From assembly GCA_001244265.2 (NCBI GenBank), contig CDLV01000021.1:62001-126000 (forward strand): a DNA stretch of 64,000 nt, in the 5' to 3' direction. Numbering within the stretch: position 1 is the first letter of the stretch; each line of letters starts with the position of its first letter. The notes beneath the pieces are model-generated. The model was given only the letters and a program-made list of their open reading frames with translations. It did no database searches and had not been told where the DNA came from. This stretch comes from Microbotryum violaceum. Lineage: Eukaryota. A program made the position numbers and the translations under genes. Below, one piece after another: positions 36,461 to 49,885 of the stretch.

Positions 36461-39400
36461 TTACGGAGGCACTATTTCCCCGGACCGCTTCATTCCTGCC
36501 GACGCCCCTCGTGGCTTCGTCGTCGCTGAAGGTACTCCTATCATGGAAGACGACGAGGTCCTCCCCGCTTGCCCTCGCGGAGCAGCAGCCGCGCTCGATG
36601 CGTACGAAGAATAGTCCATCATTGACCCGGCGTACGCCGGCTGTTGCGGCGTTCGGTGCTGCGGCACGTATGGGCTAGATTGGCCGCCCCAGAACTGCGG
36701 GCTCGGCGGAAGGAGGGGATGGTGCGGCATGTACCCCGCATGCACTAGATTATGCGAAGACGGGTACAGCGAGTTGGCATACAGATAGGGTGAAGCTGGC
36801 GATCCAGGAGCCGAGAACATCGGCGACGAAGGGTAGGATTGTACATTCGTCAAGGACTGGCTGTGCGTCATATAGCCGTACGGGGATTGGGGAGGCAGTG
36901 CGGCATAACCTTGAGCTTGAGGAGAGGGTGATCCGGTGGTTTTCGAAAATTTATTTTCAGTTACAGCCGGCGATCGAACTCCTCCGACCGCAGACTTGGA
37001 GTCGCTGTAGGCGCCGTTCATGACCGATTCAGCTCGAGCTTGGAGAGCAGCATGCGCCATCCTGCACATTTCAAGCAAGGCGAACGTCAGCAAGTGTCCA
37101 CAAGGACGGAATCTCCGGTAAGAAATTCACATTTGCATCATTTGCTGGGACCGTTGATGAAGCTGCATCTTTTGATCGTTCGGCAGAGATGCGTCTTCGT
37201 AGATGGCCGAGAAAAATAGTCAGCGCTCGAGCCTCCGCAAAGCAATGGACGTGAACCTTCCGTGTTCAAAACTCACAAAGAGACTGATCGACTCCCGGCG
37301 GAGCATTCGTCAAAGGTGAGAACCCACCGTACGAGCTCTGCGGTGCGAATGTCGTCGGAGCCGTCACCTCACATGCACGTGGATTCAACCCCGAAGGACC
37401 TCTCGAAGGCAAAGTCGACAGCGGCGCCTCGTCATCGTCGTCGTCGCCATCCTCTTCATCTTGAACCGCAGCACCGTTGAGGTCCTTGCCCAACTGGATC
37501 GCCTTAATCGCTTCCACTCGATGGCGCTGCTTCATTCGATCAAAGACGGTCTGTCCCGCGAGCACCTCACTCTCGGAAGGAGGCGCGATCATCGAGCTTC
37601 TTGAAGCAGGTCGGGTCGCTCCTGCAGCCTCGAGACCCCGTCCACTTCCAGCCGGCGTTTCGTGGGAAAAGCCCAGAGACGAGCTGGAGCGAGGTAGCGG
37701 TTTCGGAACGAACCTCGGAGCCGGTGTGTGGTTAGCCTGTCTTCCTCCACTGGGCTTGTTGCAGCCCTTGATGGGAGGCGGCGCAAGCAAAATGTCACGT
37801 TCACCATCGAGGACAGGAAGATCCTTGAACTTGACGATGATAGGTGAGCGCTCCCTTGAGGTCGGCCGGCTCCGATCTTGGTCCGATGAAATGGAATTGA
37901 CAAGCGTGTCCTGGGATTGCGACGTGCCCAGACCGCTGATCGCCGGACTCGTGGCACTGGTCATTGCGGACGTCGTCGTCGTCGGGAACCAACTGGAAGA
38001 CGGAGCGGAAGCAAGTGACAGCGCTGAAGAAATTCCGGCAGTATTCGACGAAAACGAACTACTCGACGGGGAGTCCCGAGGAGCGGAACCGTGAGACGAC
38101 CTCAGGATAGGCGTCTTTGGAAGGGGTGGTGAAGCCCGCATCGAGTTCGTGTCGGGGACGCTGGCCTTGGAGGGGACGGGCGAGGCAGGTGACGAGTAGG
38201 TGTGGCCTCCCGGGGAAGGTCGAAGCATCGACAAGGACAAATCCGAGATAGACCGCTGACCCTGACCCAGACTCGTTCGCTCCCGTGCAATCGTTGGCGC
38301 AGGGATCGCAGCACTGGACGCCAATGTCGTCGTCGCCCCCGCCGAGAAGGTGCGACTGTGACCTCGCATCGCAAACGAAGCTGGACTCCTGCGCAACGTT
38401 TCCGAAGGCACACCGTCAAGCTCAGCCAGGACTTCTACATCCGCCGAAACCTGTCCTCGATTCATATGCAAGCCCGATGAATGACTATCCGGATTACTCG
38501 AGTAAAAGTGCGTAAGGTCCGTCGAGGATCGACTCCTGATATGTGCCAAAGGGACGTTGTCATCTTTTTCGTCGTCCTCGTCCACTTCTTGCCTTTGTAG
38601 AAGCGGAGTTGGCGCCGATTTGCTCGTGAGGATTTTCGACATCTCGGGCCGATGGCCATCCTTGTCACCGGTGTCCCCTTCATCCTCGCTGTCACTCTTC
38701 TCGCTTGCCATACCCCACGCAGCATGACCTCGGGCCGAACCTGCGCCGAGCCGCGATGGCGATCGAGTCTCGACTGCGCTTGAAGACGAGGCTCGCCTCG
38801 CTTGGTATTGGCCCCTTCGTAAGGGTACTTGTGGCGTAGGAGGTTGGACAGCGACGGTTGGAGCCGAGCTTTCTTCGTCAAAACGACGCACGCCATCGTT
38901 CGGCAGAGGCGTCTGTGGTGACTGAGCTCCAGCCGTCAAAGATGCTTGCAGAGTCCCACTCCCGTGCACCCCAGCGTCTTCCTCCCCGCTCGTCGGGCCA
39001 TCGCCAAGGAAGAACGGAGTCCTCGAAGCTTTGTCTGGGAGAGAGATCGAGGGAAACTCGGTCGTCGTCGGATTAGGTTCGCCATACATGGCGATCAACC
39101 TCAGCTCGGCATCGGACGCCGTTGATGACGACTGGGGGATCGAGAACACCGTCGGCGAGGAAGGGCGAGAGGCGGGGCGGGAAATAGGTTGGGAGGCAGG
39201 TCGAGCGTGATGCTCTGCGGAGACGTGATCCTCGTTCGATGACAGGCGCCTGTCGAGAGATCCTCCGTCATTGGCCGTCGTGAAGGAACTGATCGACAAG
39301 CGACTCGTCGAGCCGGACCTGAGTGCACTCGAACTCGTCGTCGCATCTGGAACCGAAGGCTGGAGACCCATCGATGCCGAGCGATTTGAGCTTGCAGCCA

Positions 39401-40841
39401 AGGGAAGTGGGTCCATCGAACTCGACGTTGAAGTCCTCGAGTGACTCGCCGATCCATTGGTAGCGAACGCAGGTCGAGGCAATCCGCCAAACGCCGAACC
39501 CAAGTCGAGATTGGGCGACGACAAGGACTGGTACGAGCCTCTTCTGCTCCTGGTGGGCTCGAACCTCGGGCGCTCGCTCGGGAAGTTGATTTCCTCGAAC
39601 GACGAGATCGAGATGGCCGAAGCGTTGCGATGTCCCGTTCGCGAACTCGGCCGTGTCGCATTGCGGAAAGCTTCAACGCTGATCATCGTCGGTGAAGGAG
39701 CCTTCTCGACGGTGTTGTCTCGCCAAGCCGAGGCTCCCGGGACCGAATTGGTTCTGATGTTCAGGTTCGGCCTCGGTCCCATGCCCACGTCGCCGTAGCC
39801 ATTGCGCCCCTGTCGATCCGGGACCGGGGCGGGTAATGGCGACATTGCCGTGATGCCCCTCGTCGACCGATGAAGTGTAACCGACGAAGTAGACGAGGAT
39901 CGATGATGGTCGAGAGGAGGGCGATTCTCGTAGTCGGTATCCTGGACCCTCGATACAGTCCTGATGGATTGGACAACAAAGCCTCCTTCGGCGCCTGCGC
40001 TTGCGGAACTCGAAGTCCGTCGAATTGGTAGCTTCCATCGACTGGTCGGACTGGTTGCGGTATTCGGTGAGGCCGAGTCCTGCTTGTCTATAAAGTCGGA
40101 TCCGGTATTTTCATTGGAAAACAGGGTGCCCAACGGTCGATCGTCATCCTCGGCGTTGTTCATGTCGTTCAGTGCGTTCGTACTCCGACTGAACAACCTC
40201 CATCGATCGAGGCCCATCCCGATCGACGCTCGTTTCGATCTACTGCTCTTGATCGACGGTGGTCGAGACGAAGAATGACCCAACGTCGAAAGATAATTGG
40301 TGCTCTGACTGGTGGCAACACCTGAGCTCTCCGTCATTGACGGGCCGTACCCGCGCTGCTCGGCGTACCGATCACGCGCAATATTCTCAGATGAAGTTGA
40401 AGCGTTCAAAGAGGTCGAGCTCGGGCCTTGCGAAGTTGAAGCTGCATTAAAACGATTCTTGAACGGGTTGAACCTCGACGCAGCAGCTGCTTCCAGAGAA
40501 AAGTTGGAAGCGGACTTCTTGATTCGCGGTTCAGTGCTCGTGCCCGAGCTCGGCAGAGTGGACAGGGCAGCCAAGTCGCGGCGAGGTACAGCTCCGGCTC
40601 TCGGATCGGAGCTCGATTGTTCCTCGTCGAACGAGGGGTAATGTGGACCAGCTACTTTGGGCTTCGTAGACGACTGGAACTTGGTCGTGGCTGAGGTCGA
40701 GGCATGACTCCCACCTGGCGATGCTGTTGCTGGCGATGGCGACGACGAGTTCGAGGTCGAGTTCGAGCCAGACTTGGGGTTCTTGCTACGGGAGAAGAAG
40801 CCCATTCCTGCGGCCACGTCCCTAGCTAAAGACGAGGACAT
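36461..40841 (-). CDS. Large Ser/Pro-rich, largely disordered protein of unknown function (alternative start MGFFSRSK at 40805)
   Basis: A 1191-codon open first exon. Two GT-AG introns join PPGVDQSL|YASLPNDQKMQLHQRSQQMMQM|MAHAALQARAES to the last exon. Confidence 0.8.
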
Positions 40842-41563
40842 AGATCAGCTTACGGGGACTCGATTACGTGAGCAAGACATCATATACCTACTCCAAGAGT
40901 GGCGTCAGGTTCCTCGAGTTGTTTCACGGGATGGGTTCGCCGGCGTGGCGACGCCTCGTTCGAACAGGTTCGCACGGACGATCGCGCTGAGTGAACAGCA
41001 CCGACCGCGCAACGGTCGATGACGACGCGTGGAGACGTGGAGGTCGGAGAGGGAGCGAAGGAGGCGAAGAGGCGAGTGTGCAGTCGACCACACACACACA
41101 CGACCCGAAAGGGGTGCTGAAGAAGACAGTGGTGAGAACGGATCCAAAGTCGAACTCCGAAAGCGAGGTGCCAGTTGAAAGAGGTTCGATCGACTTCGAT
41201 CAAAGTAGACCGTCGTCTACCGTCGTGGCAGCTCGTCGTGGCAGGCTCTATCGACGAGGCCTTGATGAAACGACGAGCGCGCGTCGGATTTCACGACTTG
41301 GCAGGGCCACAGAGTGGTGCCACCGTCAGCCACCATCCACCACAGCAAATCGCGCACCGAGTCACAAGGTTCGTTACTGAGACCAGTCAATTTTCCTCAT
41401 TCAAAAAATGAATGTCACTGCTGCAAGCAAATTGGCTTCCAAAGTGGGCAGGAATTTTCGACTTCTATCTCGGACGCCGCGGCTCTGTTTCAGCGTCTTC
41501 CGGTCTCCGAGGAAAATGAGCTTTCCTGATTTTTTCAATTTTATTTTTATTCCAGTTCATGAC

Positions 41564-42787
41564 CTAAGTCGACTTTTCCCCAACAGTCCACCTCAACAAT
41601 TCTACCACCTCGAACCCGACCCCTTTCCCCCCCTTCCACAATTCCAACACCTCCCCGACCTTCGCCTCCCCAGGCACAAAGTTCAACCCTTCTTGCGCAT
41701 TCGGCACGATCGTCAAACTCGGTTGCTCGTAGAGTACTTGGCTCGGCTCGCCTTCTGCTAAAGTCTGGGCGGCTGAGGCTGCTGTAGGTTGGGCCGAGGA
41801 GGTCGGCATCGCGACGACTTGTCGGGCGAGTTGTCGGCCGAGTTTGAGTAGGTCTTGGTTCGACACCTTCACCGTCGGTGTCGTAGATGGCTCGAAGCGG
41901 TGTAGCAGTAATGAGGCGAGTGTGCCGCTTTTGAAGAGGGTAGGCGCAGAGCCAGATGTGGGTGTAGCATCGTTCGATCCATGGAGATAGCTCGAAGTAA
42001 AGTAGACGCTCGGTGATTTCGAGGCCGAAGAAGTGGACGGTGTCGCAGCCGAGCAGCAAGCGCTCAATGTCCCGGTAGGATCGACGACCAAGGTCGCACA
42101 CCTCGAAAGGGTGATATTCTCACCCAACCTCGAGACCGTCGACGTGATCAAAGAAGAGATCGTCTCCCCCGCCGAGCTCGACGACGCCGTCTGTGCCTCA
42201 AATTCGGGGATCAAAGGCACCTCCTTGACCTCTTCCCACGCCCATTCCCTGAATCCAACTTTCCCCTCCTTCTCAGCCGCTTCAGCAAAGAAGCCCAAAC
42301 TCTCCACGACCCTCCTGACCAATTCCTTGAACTCGTCCGTCCGCGCCACAAAGTCGGTTTCGCAATTGATCTCGACCATCCCGACCCTCACGCCTCCCGT
42401 CTTGCCCAAACTCTTCTCCAACCCCGTATGGTATTGGACAATTCCGACCAATCCTTGAGGGGTCGATCGAGAGGAGAGTTTTTCGGCTTTGGCGCCTCCC
42501 TTGAGATTGGTCTGTTCGACGATCCACTCGAGCGCTTTAGGAACGTCCAGCGCCGAGGCAGTGAGCGCCGATCGAGCGAGGGAAAGTGGTGTTCCAGGTC
42601 GAAGGGATCGAATTTCAGAAATGAGTGCGATGGGGACCTTCGGAGGTGTGGATTCTTCCAAAGTGAACGCTGTCGAAGAAGTGGAGAACGCTCGAAGGAG
42701 GCTCGAGGTCGAGGCCAAGGTCGAGGTCGAGGACAGGGGCCGTGCGGAGCGCGCCGTGGCGGCATAAACTTGTCGAAGCGGGACCAT
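41564..42787 (-). CDS. TSF1: Mitochondrial translation elongation factor Ts
   Basis: R/S/A-rich presequence, UBA-like ALISEIR...ARSAL...ALEWI, KAEKLSSR..QGLVG, signature VEINCETDFVAR and LGENI. Intronless. Confidence 0.92.
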   Translation of the reverse strand: MVPLRQVYAATARSARPLSSTSTLASTSSLLRAFSTSSTAFTLEESTPPKVPIALISEIRSLRPGTPLSLARSALTASALDVPKALEWIVEQTNLKGGAKAEKLSSRSTPQGLVGIVQYHTGLEKSLGKTGGVRVGMVEINCETDFVARTDEFKELVRRVVESLGFFAEAAEKEGKVGFREWAWEEVKEVPLIPEFEAQTASSSSAGETISSLITSTVSRLGENITLSRCATLVVDPTGTLSACCSAATPSTSSASKSPSVYFTSSYLHGSNDATPTSGSAPTLFKSGTLASLLLHRFEPSTTPTVKVSNQDLLKLGRQLARQVVAMPTSSAQPTAASAAQTLAEGEPSQVLYEQPSLTIVPNAQEGLNFVPGEAKVGEVLELWKGGKGVGFEVVELLRWTVGEKST

Positions 42788-43050
42788 TTGTCTTTGTTCG
42801 AGTTTGCAAGGAAACGTGAGCGATCGCAGTTCTTGAAGCGGAGGATGGAAAACCGAAAGAGAAAGAGAAAGCGCTGAAACAAGTGGGGTGAAGGCCCCGG
42901 CACTTTTCGCGCGAGAGCTTCGCAGCCGATCGGGTTCCATTCCCGCGCAGAGGTGATCGACGTCAGTTTTGACAGGAGCGCCTCTTTTTGCTCCACTTCC
43001 CCACCTCGGTGTTCGAGATTGGGTGTTCCTACACCTCGAATCGACACAAT

Positions 43051-45694
43051 ATGGAACCGGAAACTCAATTTGTGGACCTCACTGGCGCAAACGAGGAACC
43101 GCAAGTCAGCTCCGGCGTGGCCAATCGGTCGTCATCGGAGACGAAGCAACCGGGCGAGACGGAGATGGGAGAAATCATCGACTTGATAACACCGACAGCT
43201 TCCACCGCGGAAGCAGACAATGAAATGATCGTCGTCGTCGTCGAATCTGAAGCTCAAGCTGCCACAGACGGTGTACATGCCGCAAGCACCACCGCCTCGA
43301 CTACCGACAGTTCTGGCTCCACTTTGACAGCAGCGGAAGCTCCCGTGCAATCAAACTCTTCGAACCCGACCTCAGCAACGGCCTCACCAACAAACAACAA
43401 TCTCACCTCGTTACCAAACGACATCACCCACATTCTACAACTAGGAGTCGCCGATCCGGATCCCCCCGAGTCGACCACGGACTATGCACAACTGGTCAAG
43501 GACCTCAAGGCCAAAGTGATGCAATCCCGGAACCCCAACAAGGCCAAGAACTTCAACACCGCAATCACAGTAGACGATGATTCGTCGATGAGGGAAGAAG
43601 GGGAGGAACGGGAGGAGGAGTTGGCCCAGGTTGAGAATGAGATGAAGGAACAGGGGGTCGAGAGGGACGAGCCGGAGCAGTCAGTTTAGCCTGATTTGGA
43701 TTTCATCGATGATCAATTCTCATGTTCTGATGAGGAATCGCCACAGGGGCTCGAATGCGACCCAAGTAAACGCAGCGGCCGATGAATCCTCGGAAGCGGA
43801 AGAGGAAGCGGGAGAAGAGTCTTCTTCAGAAGAATCATCCTCGGACGACGATTCCTCCTCCTCTTCCTTCGATTCCGAACCGACGCAGACGACCCGCCGT
43901 CAACCGAATCGACAGAAACAACGCCAAGTCATGATCGACTCCGACCAATCCGATCTCTCAGACTCTGAAGACCCCAACCCTTCCGGCTGTTCGAAGAAGG
44001 TTCCTAAAACCGAACACGAGCTCGACGAAGACACTTCCGTCCCTTCCTTGCCCGAGATCGAGTCACTTCCTGAAACTGTCGATATCGTCCGGTTTGGGGT
44101 CGTACAAAACTTGATCGAGAACGTCGTCGTAATTAGGGCCGACACGACGGGGAGTTATCGCGTATTGGATCAGGGCACGATCGTCTGCTGGGAGGATCGC
44201 AAGATCGCTGGAACCGTACGTTGGGCCATGTGTTAATTCATGCTGGCTCGACCTCGGCACTGACATCGTATCCCCCAACACCTCACACAGATCTTCGACA
44301 CATTCGGCTCTGTCCTCCAACCTTTTTACTCCCTGCGCTTCCCCGCGACCTCCCCACCCGATCCCGCAACCTTCACCGCCTCTCGGCCTCTCTGCTACGC
44401 CCCAACTTCAGCACACTTCGTCTTCACGCGCGAACTGCAAGCGCAAAAAGGCTCCGACGCGTCCAACGTCTGGGACGAAGAAGTCGGTGAAGGCGAGATC
44501 GAGTTCTCGGATGATGAAGCGGAACAGGAGTACAAGAGGGCTATGAAGAGTGAAAAGAAGGGGAAGAAGAAGGGCAATGCTTCCGTTGGGGGTGCAAAAG
44601 CTTCGACTTTGGGTTCTTCGCTAGATGGATTCAAGAGCTTGCCTCAGAAACCTTCGGGACCTCTTCCCGAGATCGATGAGGAAGGGCCTTACAACCTCGT
44701 GCAACGACCCAAGGGGCTTCATCTGATGGGGACAGCACCACCGAATGGACCGGAGGGGAGACAGATGTTTGAACGGGACACGGGCCGGACAGTCGAAGGG
44801 GAGAAGGAGTTCGAGTTCAGTGATAATGATGAGGAAGACGGCGGGGTGGTAAAGAATGAGGGTGGCTCGGAAGAGGGGGGTGATCGGCATGATGATGAAG
44901 AGATGGACGATGCGAAACAGGCAGAGTTGGCGCGGATCATGGCTGGGCCGCCGGGGAGAGGAGGCAAGAGAGGGAGAGGGCGAGGGGAAGGGGGTGGCGG
45001 AAGAGGGCACGATCGATCATCGAGAGGTGGCGGAGGGCGAGGACGTGGAGCGCCCAACGAGGGACGAGGACGAGGACGCGGACGCGGAAGAGGAGCCCAC
45101 AACCCACTCTCACGTAGCGATCGACCTCCTCAACCCGGCGGTGGTGACGGCGACGATCAGCGACGACAAGTTGCCCCTTTACCGAACCGAGCCCCGATGG
45201 GTCTTCCCATGCGTCCCATGGTCATGGGCGAGTTTGGTGCCCCATCACCGATGGGCCTCCCGCAAAACTTTGCCTTTGGCCTGCCGACGAACCATCACCT
45301 CCCCGCACCACCGCAACAGCAAATGTTCAACTTTGCTCCTCAAGCACCCATGATGCCCTCTAGCCCCATTCCAGGAATGTACAACCCTTATTTCCAACCT
45401 CAACCAACAGGCCCCCACCCCAACCTCCCAGGTTTGAGCTACGCCCATCCACAGCCTTCCTTCACGCCCGATTTTGGAGCAGGTGCTCAAGGCGCGTACA
45501 ATCCCCAGTTCTTCGCTTATGGACCTCCCCCGCTCAACGCGATGATGGGTGGATCGGGACAAGGATCGAAGGGAGCTGGTATGATGATGGGTACAGGACC
45601 GTATGGTTACGTGCCACCCTCACCTCAGGGCCAGGGGCCAGGGGGACCAGGTGCTGGACGGGGGAGGGGGAGGGGGAGGGGGAGAGGAGCATGA
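43051..45694 (+). CDS. NAF1: H/ACA RNP assembly factor Naf1
   Basis: PKTEHE, Gar1-like domain (VLDQGTIVCWEDRKIAGT|IFDTFGSVLQPFYSLRF), KGSDASNVWDEEV...EFSDDEAE and RG-rich tails. Confidence 0.92.
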
Positions 45695-46177
45695 TGAATT
45701 GCAATGTTTGAGGATTGTTGTGTTGCTGCAAAGACTTATCAACTGCACCTGCATGCCCAGGAAGAGGTACAAAATGAGACCGACTTTTGAGTTCTCGACG
45801 AGTTCGCTCGGCTTAGGAACGGCAGTACAGAAACGGGAGCCGATTGTCAATCTCGGGCGTTTTGCCAGTCCGAAATGCCGAATCCGAATCTATCCGAATT
45901 GGCCCGTCTCGCTCGCTCGGGGTATCGCGCACCTCGCGTCGAGCATTCAGCCTTGTCCGAGCCCTTGCAACACACCAAGAATCGGTGGGCGTTTGTACTC
46001 TTTGTACGACCGACTCTCGACTATCTCCCGCTCACACCTCGCCTGCCTTTGTTGGTTTGCCGAGCCTGCTTTGAATCGCACGAGCAGAAGGAGCCGCACT
46101 GCAGGTCGGGAGAATCTTCGGGCCGTGGAGGCGACGACTCGACTCGTCTCGCCTGGTGGGGACAACGACCTGCCGTG

Positions 46178-46202
46178 ACGCGTTACGTGACGCGTGACGC
46201 GT
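46178..46202. promoter_or_regulatory. Three ACGCGT (MCB-like) boxes upstream of the deubiquitinase ATG
   Basis: ACGCGT at 46178, 46190 and 46197 within gtgacgcgttacgtgacgcgtgacgcgtaac. Confidence 0.35.
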
Positions 46203-46274
46203 AACGGACGAGCGCCGTGCGACCAACCGACCGACCGACCGGAGTTAGCTACCGCGGGGAACGGCTGCCACGTT

Positions 46275-49200
46275 ATGAGCTTCTTGAAGAAATGGGGATC
46301 GAGCAGTACACCCAATAGCAATGGCGTGAATGGCAATTCGACGAACGGCCACGCCCACAACAACAACAACAGCAGCAATGGCGGCGGTGTGGGCGGTGGC
46401 AATGGCAACGGCACGGGCGCGGGGGCCAGCCCGAGCACGACCACCGCAGGCGGCATGGCGTCTACAGTGCTCACTGACGGCAATGGAGGCAACGCATCGT
46501 CAAGCGCGTTCGATGGATCGATCCACGACCCGACCAAGAAGGCGTGGTACAATGAGCAACCGTCGGAACGTTACTTTGGCTTGGAGAATGTGAGTCCCCT
46601 CGATCGATCCCTGCACGGATAGCCCCCTCGGCCGGGAGCATTTGGGGGCATGGGTGCCAGTGATCGGCCGACAAGACACCCACACCAGCCGCAGCCAGGA
46701 GAGCACATGGTGAAACCTTGGATCACCGTACTGACAAAATAGCCCGTGTGTTCGTGATCTGTACAGTTTGGCAACACTTGGTCAGTTGTACTGCCTTTTT
46801 ACGCTCAGCGCCCACCGCACTTCCGCCCCACGCATGCAGTGGTGCCGGCGATCGTGGTCGCAGCAGTGGAAAGGACCGGCGGCGCACTCGCCCTCATGAT
46901 TCGATTTCGTGATGATTCCGCTTAGGCTGACAAAATTGTACGGACATGTTTCCGCAGCTACGCCAACTCGGTGCTGCAGTCCTTGTACTTTTCGAGACCG
47001 TTTCGAGAACTGGTCGAGACCTACTCGAAACCGGGCTCGGTACCGGCCACGACCCCATCCATCACCTCGTCGGTCTCTCACGAATCATCGACCCTATCTC
47101 CACAACTCGGCAACAATGCTAAGCCTAGCCTTCCACCACTCAACACGACCATCAGCGGCGGTGGCGGCGCAAGTCCGGCCGGAAAACGATCGAGCACCGC
47201 GCCGAGTGCCGGTCGGTCTATGTTCGGTGTGGCGAAACGACAGGCCTCTGTCGAGGTACCTTCCCCAACCCCACCACAAACGACCACCAACTCTCCGGGG
47301 ATGGTCGGAGGTGCTCCCTTAGCGCATTCGACGACCGCCTCCACGACAGCTTCCTTCACCGGTGTCGGCACTCCTGTTCTATCCGGCACCGGATCTTTGA
47401 CCAATTTGGCTTCGGTTGCCTCCTCCGCCTCAGCCGCTGACTCGACCTTGCTGACGACCCTGCACGACCTCTTCTTGTCCATCTCAACGCAACAAAGCTC
47501 TACGGGGACACTCGCCCCTCAGGCCTTTATCAACCAATTGAAAAAGGACAACGAGTTCTTCCGATCGACATTACACCAAGATGCACACGAATTCCTCAAT
47601 TACCTCATCAACATGATCGCCGAGGCACTGGAGAAGGATGACAATACGAGGAAAGCCAAGGGGTATCCGGGGATGTTCAGGACGGGCAAGGACGGGGCGA
47701 AGACGTGGGTGCATCGCTTGTTCGAGGGCATTTTGACGAACGAGACACGGTGTTTGTGTTGCGAGACGGTGAGTGGTGAATGAGTTGCCAACGCGACAGA
47801 ACAGATGCCTGACTCGGATGCTTTGACGAAAACGAAAGGTCACCTCGCGCGACGAGGCCTTCTTGGACTTATCGATTGATATCGAACAAAACTCGTCACT
47901 CACGGCTTGCTTGCGGCAATTTTCAGCCAGCGAGATGCTGTGTCAACGCAACAAGTTCTCGTGTGACAAATGCTGTGGACTGCAAGAGGCGGAGAAGAGG
48001 TGCGGCAACGACTGATCTTGAGAGTCACACTGAATAGGTTAGTCAGCTGACCTCTCAGGTCACTTTCTTGCGCGGATAGGATGAAGATCAAAAAGTTGCC
48101 CAACATCCTCGCCTTGCATCTCAAGCGATTCAAGTACGAGGAGACATTGCAACGCCACGTCAAGCTCAACTACCGCGTCGTCTTTCCTTTTGAGTTGAGG
48201 TTGTTCAATACTGCGGACGGGGTCAACAACCCCGATCGGCTTTACGAGTTGTGGGCCATCGTTGTACACATCGGAGTGTGAGCTTCACCCCGGGTGCTCA
48301 TATAGAAGTATGAAAATCCGATAATCTGATCCAACTTTCAATGTGTAGTGGGCCGCATCATGGACACTATATTACGATCGTTCGGTCCGGCGCACGGTGG
48401 ATCGTCTTTGACGACAACAACGTGTACCCGATCGACCAAGCCAACATTTCAAAGTTTTTTGGCGACACCCCGGGTCAGGGCAGCGGCTATGTCCTGTTCT
48501 ACCAGGCGTGTGACCTTGATGTGCGCGGACTGGGTCTACGCCACGATGCGGCGCCTGCAGAGGCCGGAGAGGCCAGTGCGCACGCAGGAGTTGAGGCCGG
48601 ATCCGCAGACGCAGACGCAGGTGCGAATGGGCTCAAGGAAGGGTTTCGGCAGAGACAGCAGAGTCATGCTTCAACGACCTACTCTATCTTGACTTCGGCC
48701 TCGAACACGACCTCGAGCTCCAGTGCCAACGGTGGTCTCGGGCTCCGACTGGACGAAAGGGATCGAGCCACAGCAACCGCATTCGTCGCTCCGACATTAC
48801 CCTCCTCCTTGCATCCTTCAGCTCAGAATGAGCCGAGTCTCGATCCCCTATCACCAGCACCACCACCGCCGGCCACGACAGCAGCACAGGCGAATGCGCA
48901 CATGCCACCTTCGCCCTTCGCAGCATCGACGGCTTCGTTCCCCAACAATCTCACCGCACCTTCTCCACCTTTGCAAACCAGTACCGGCGGCGGATGGGGC
49001 TTGATGAATAGGAAATCGGTGTCGAACAAATTGGGGCGGTCACTGTCACTTGCTTCGTCATCCAAGGACGACGCGACACCACGGACTCAGCCTTCGCCGC
49101 AGGTGACGCAGCATCAATTGCCGTCGAAAGTGGTCGCGAGTCCGGCCAATGGCCAGGGTCCAACACTGGACACTAACTCGGCAACCACCTTGCCGAGTAC

Positions 49201-49885
49201 CGCAGAGGACAACGACCTTGCACCAGGCATGAACGGGGTGCATTTCGATGACGGGCGTATGAATCCGACACCGAACCAGTCTTTGCTGAACGCCTCTACC
49301 ACTTCGTCGAACTGCCACGAGGGCAAACCCTTGTTCAGAACTTCCGCCGACCTTTCTGCCCCATCACCCTCCGCCTCCTCGTCCCTGAGTGGCAGCGTCC
49401 TCAGGTCCACTCGAAGCTTCTTGGGTCGATCAACGACCTCGAACAACTTCAGTGCATTCCCCTCCGCCCCCATACCGATTGGACGATCTGGCGCCACACT
49501 TTCGTCTTCGACGACGACGCCAAACCTCAGTGCGTCAGGACTGGATGGATCAGCGTTGCGGCTGAACGAGCGGAATGGGTCGCTCAGTTCCGGTACCAGT
49601 GGATCCGGTACGCCAATCCTCGGCGGCTCGACCCTGGGTGTTTTTACCTCTTTCTCCGGCGGCGCTCCGGTGGACCATGCCGTCTCGGCCCTTGGTAGTT
49701 CAAAGGAGGGCCTGAGCAAGAAGGAGACGGAACGGCTTGAGAAGCGCCAAAGAGAACTGATGAAGGCGCAACACAAGCTGGAGAAGAAGAAAGAAGAGGA
49801 GAGGAGTAAGAGGGACAAGGAGATGGAGAAGGAGGCGAGGAAGAAGGAGGACAAGTTGAGGAAGAAGTTGACTGGTCGAGGATGA
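46275..49885 (+). CDS. Ubiquitin C-terminal hydrolase, CreB/Ubp9-13/USP12-46 type
   Basis: Cys box [22 protein letters not shown], then [51 protein letters not shown] and His box GPHHGHY...FDD. Confidence 0.94.
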
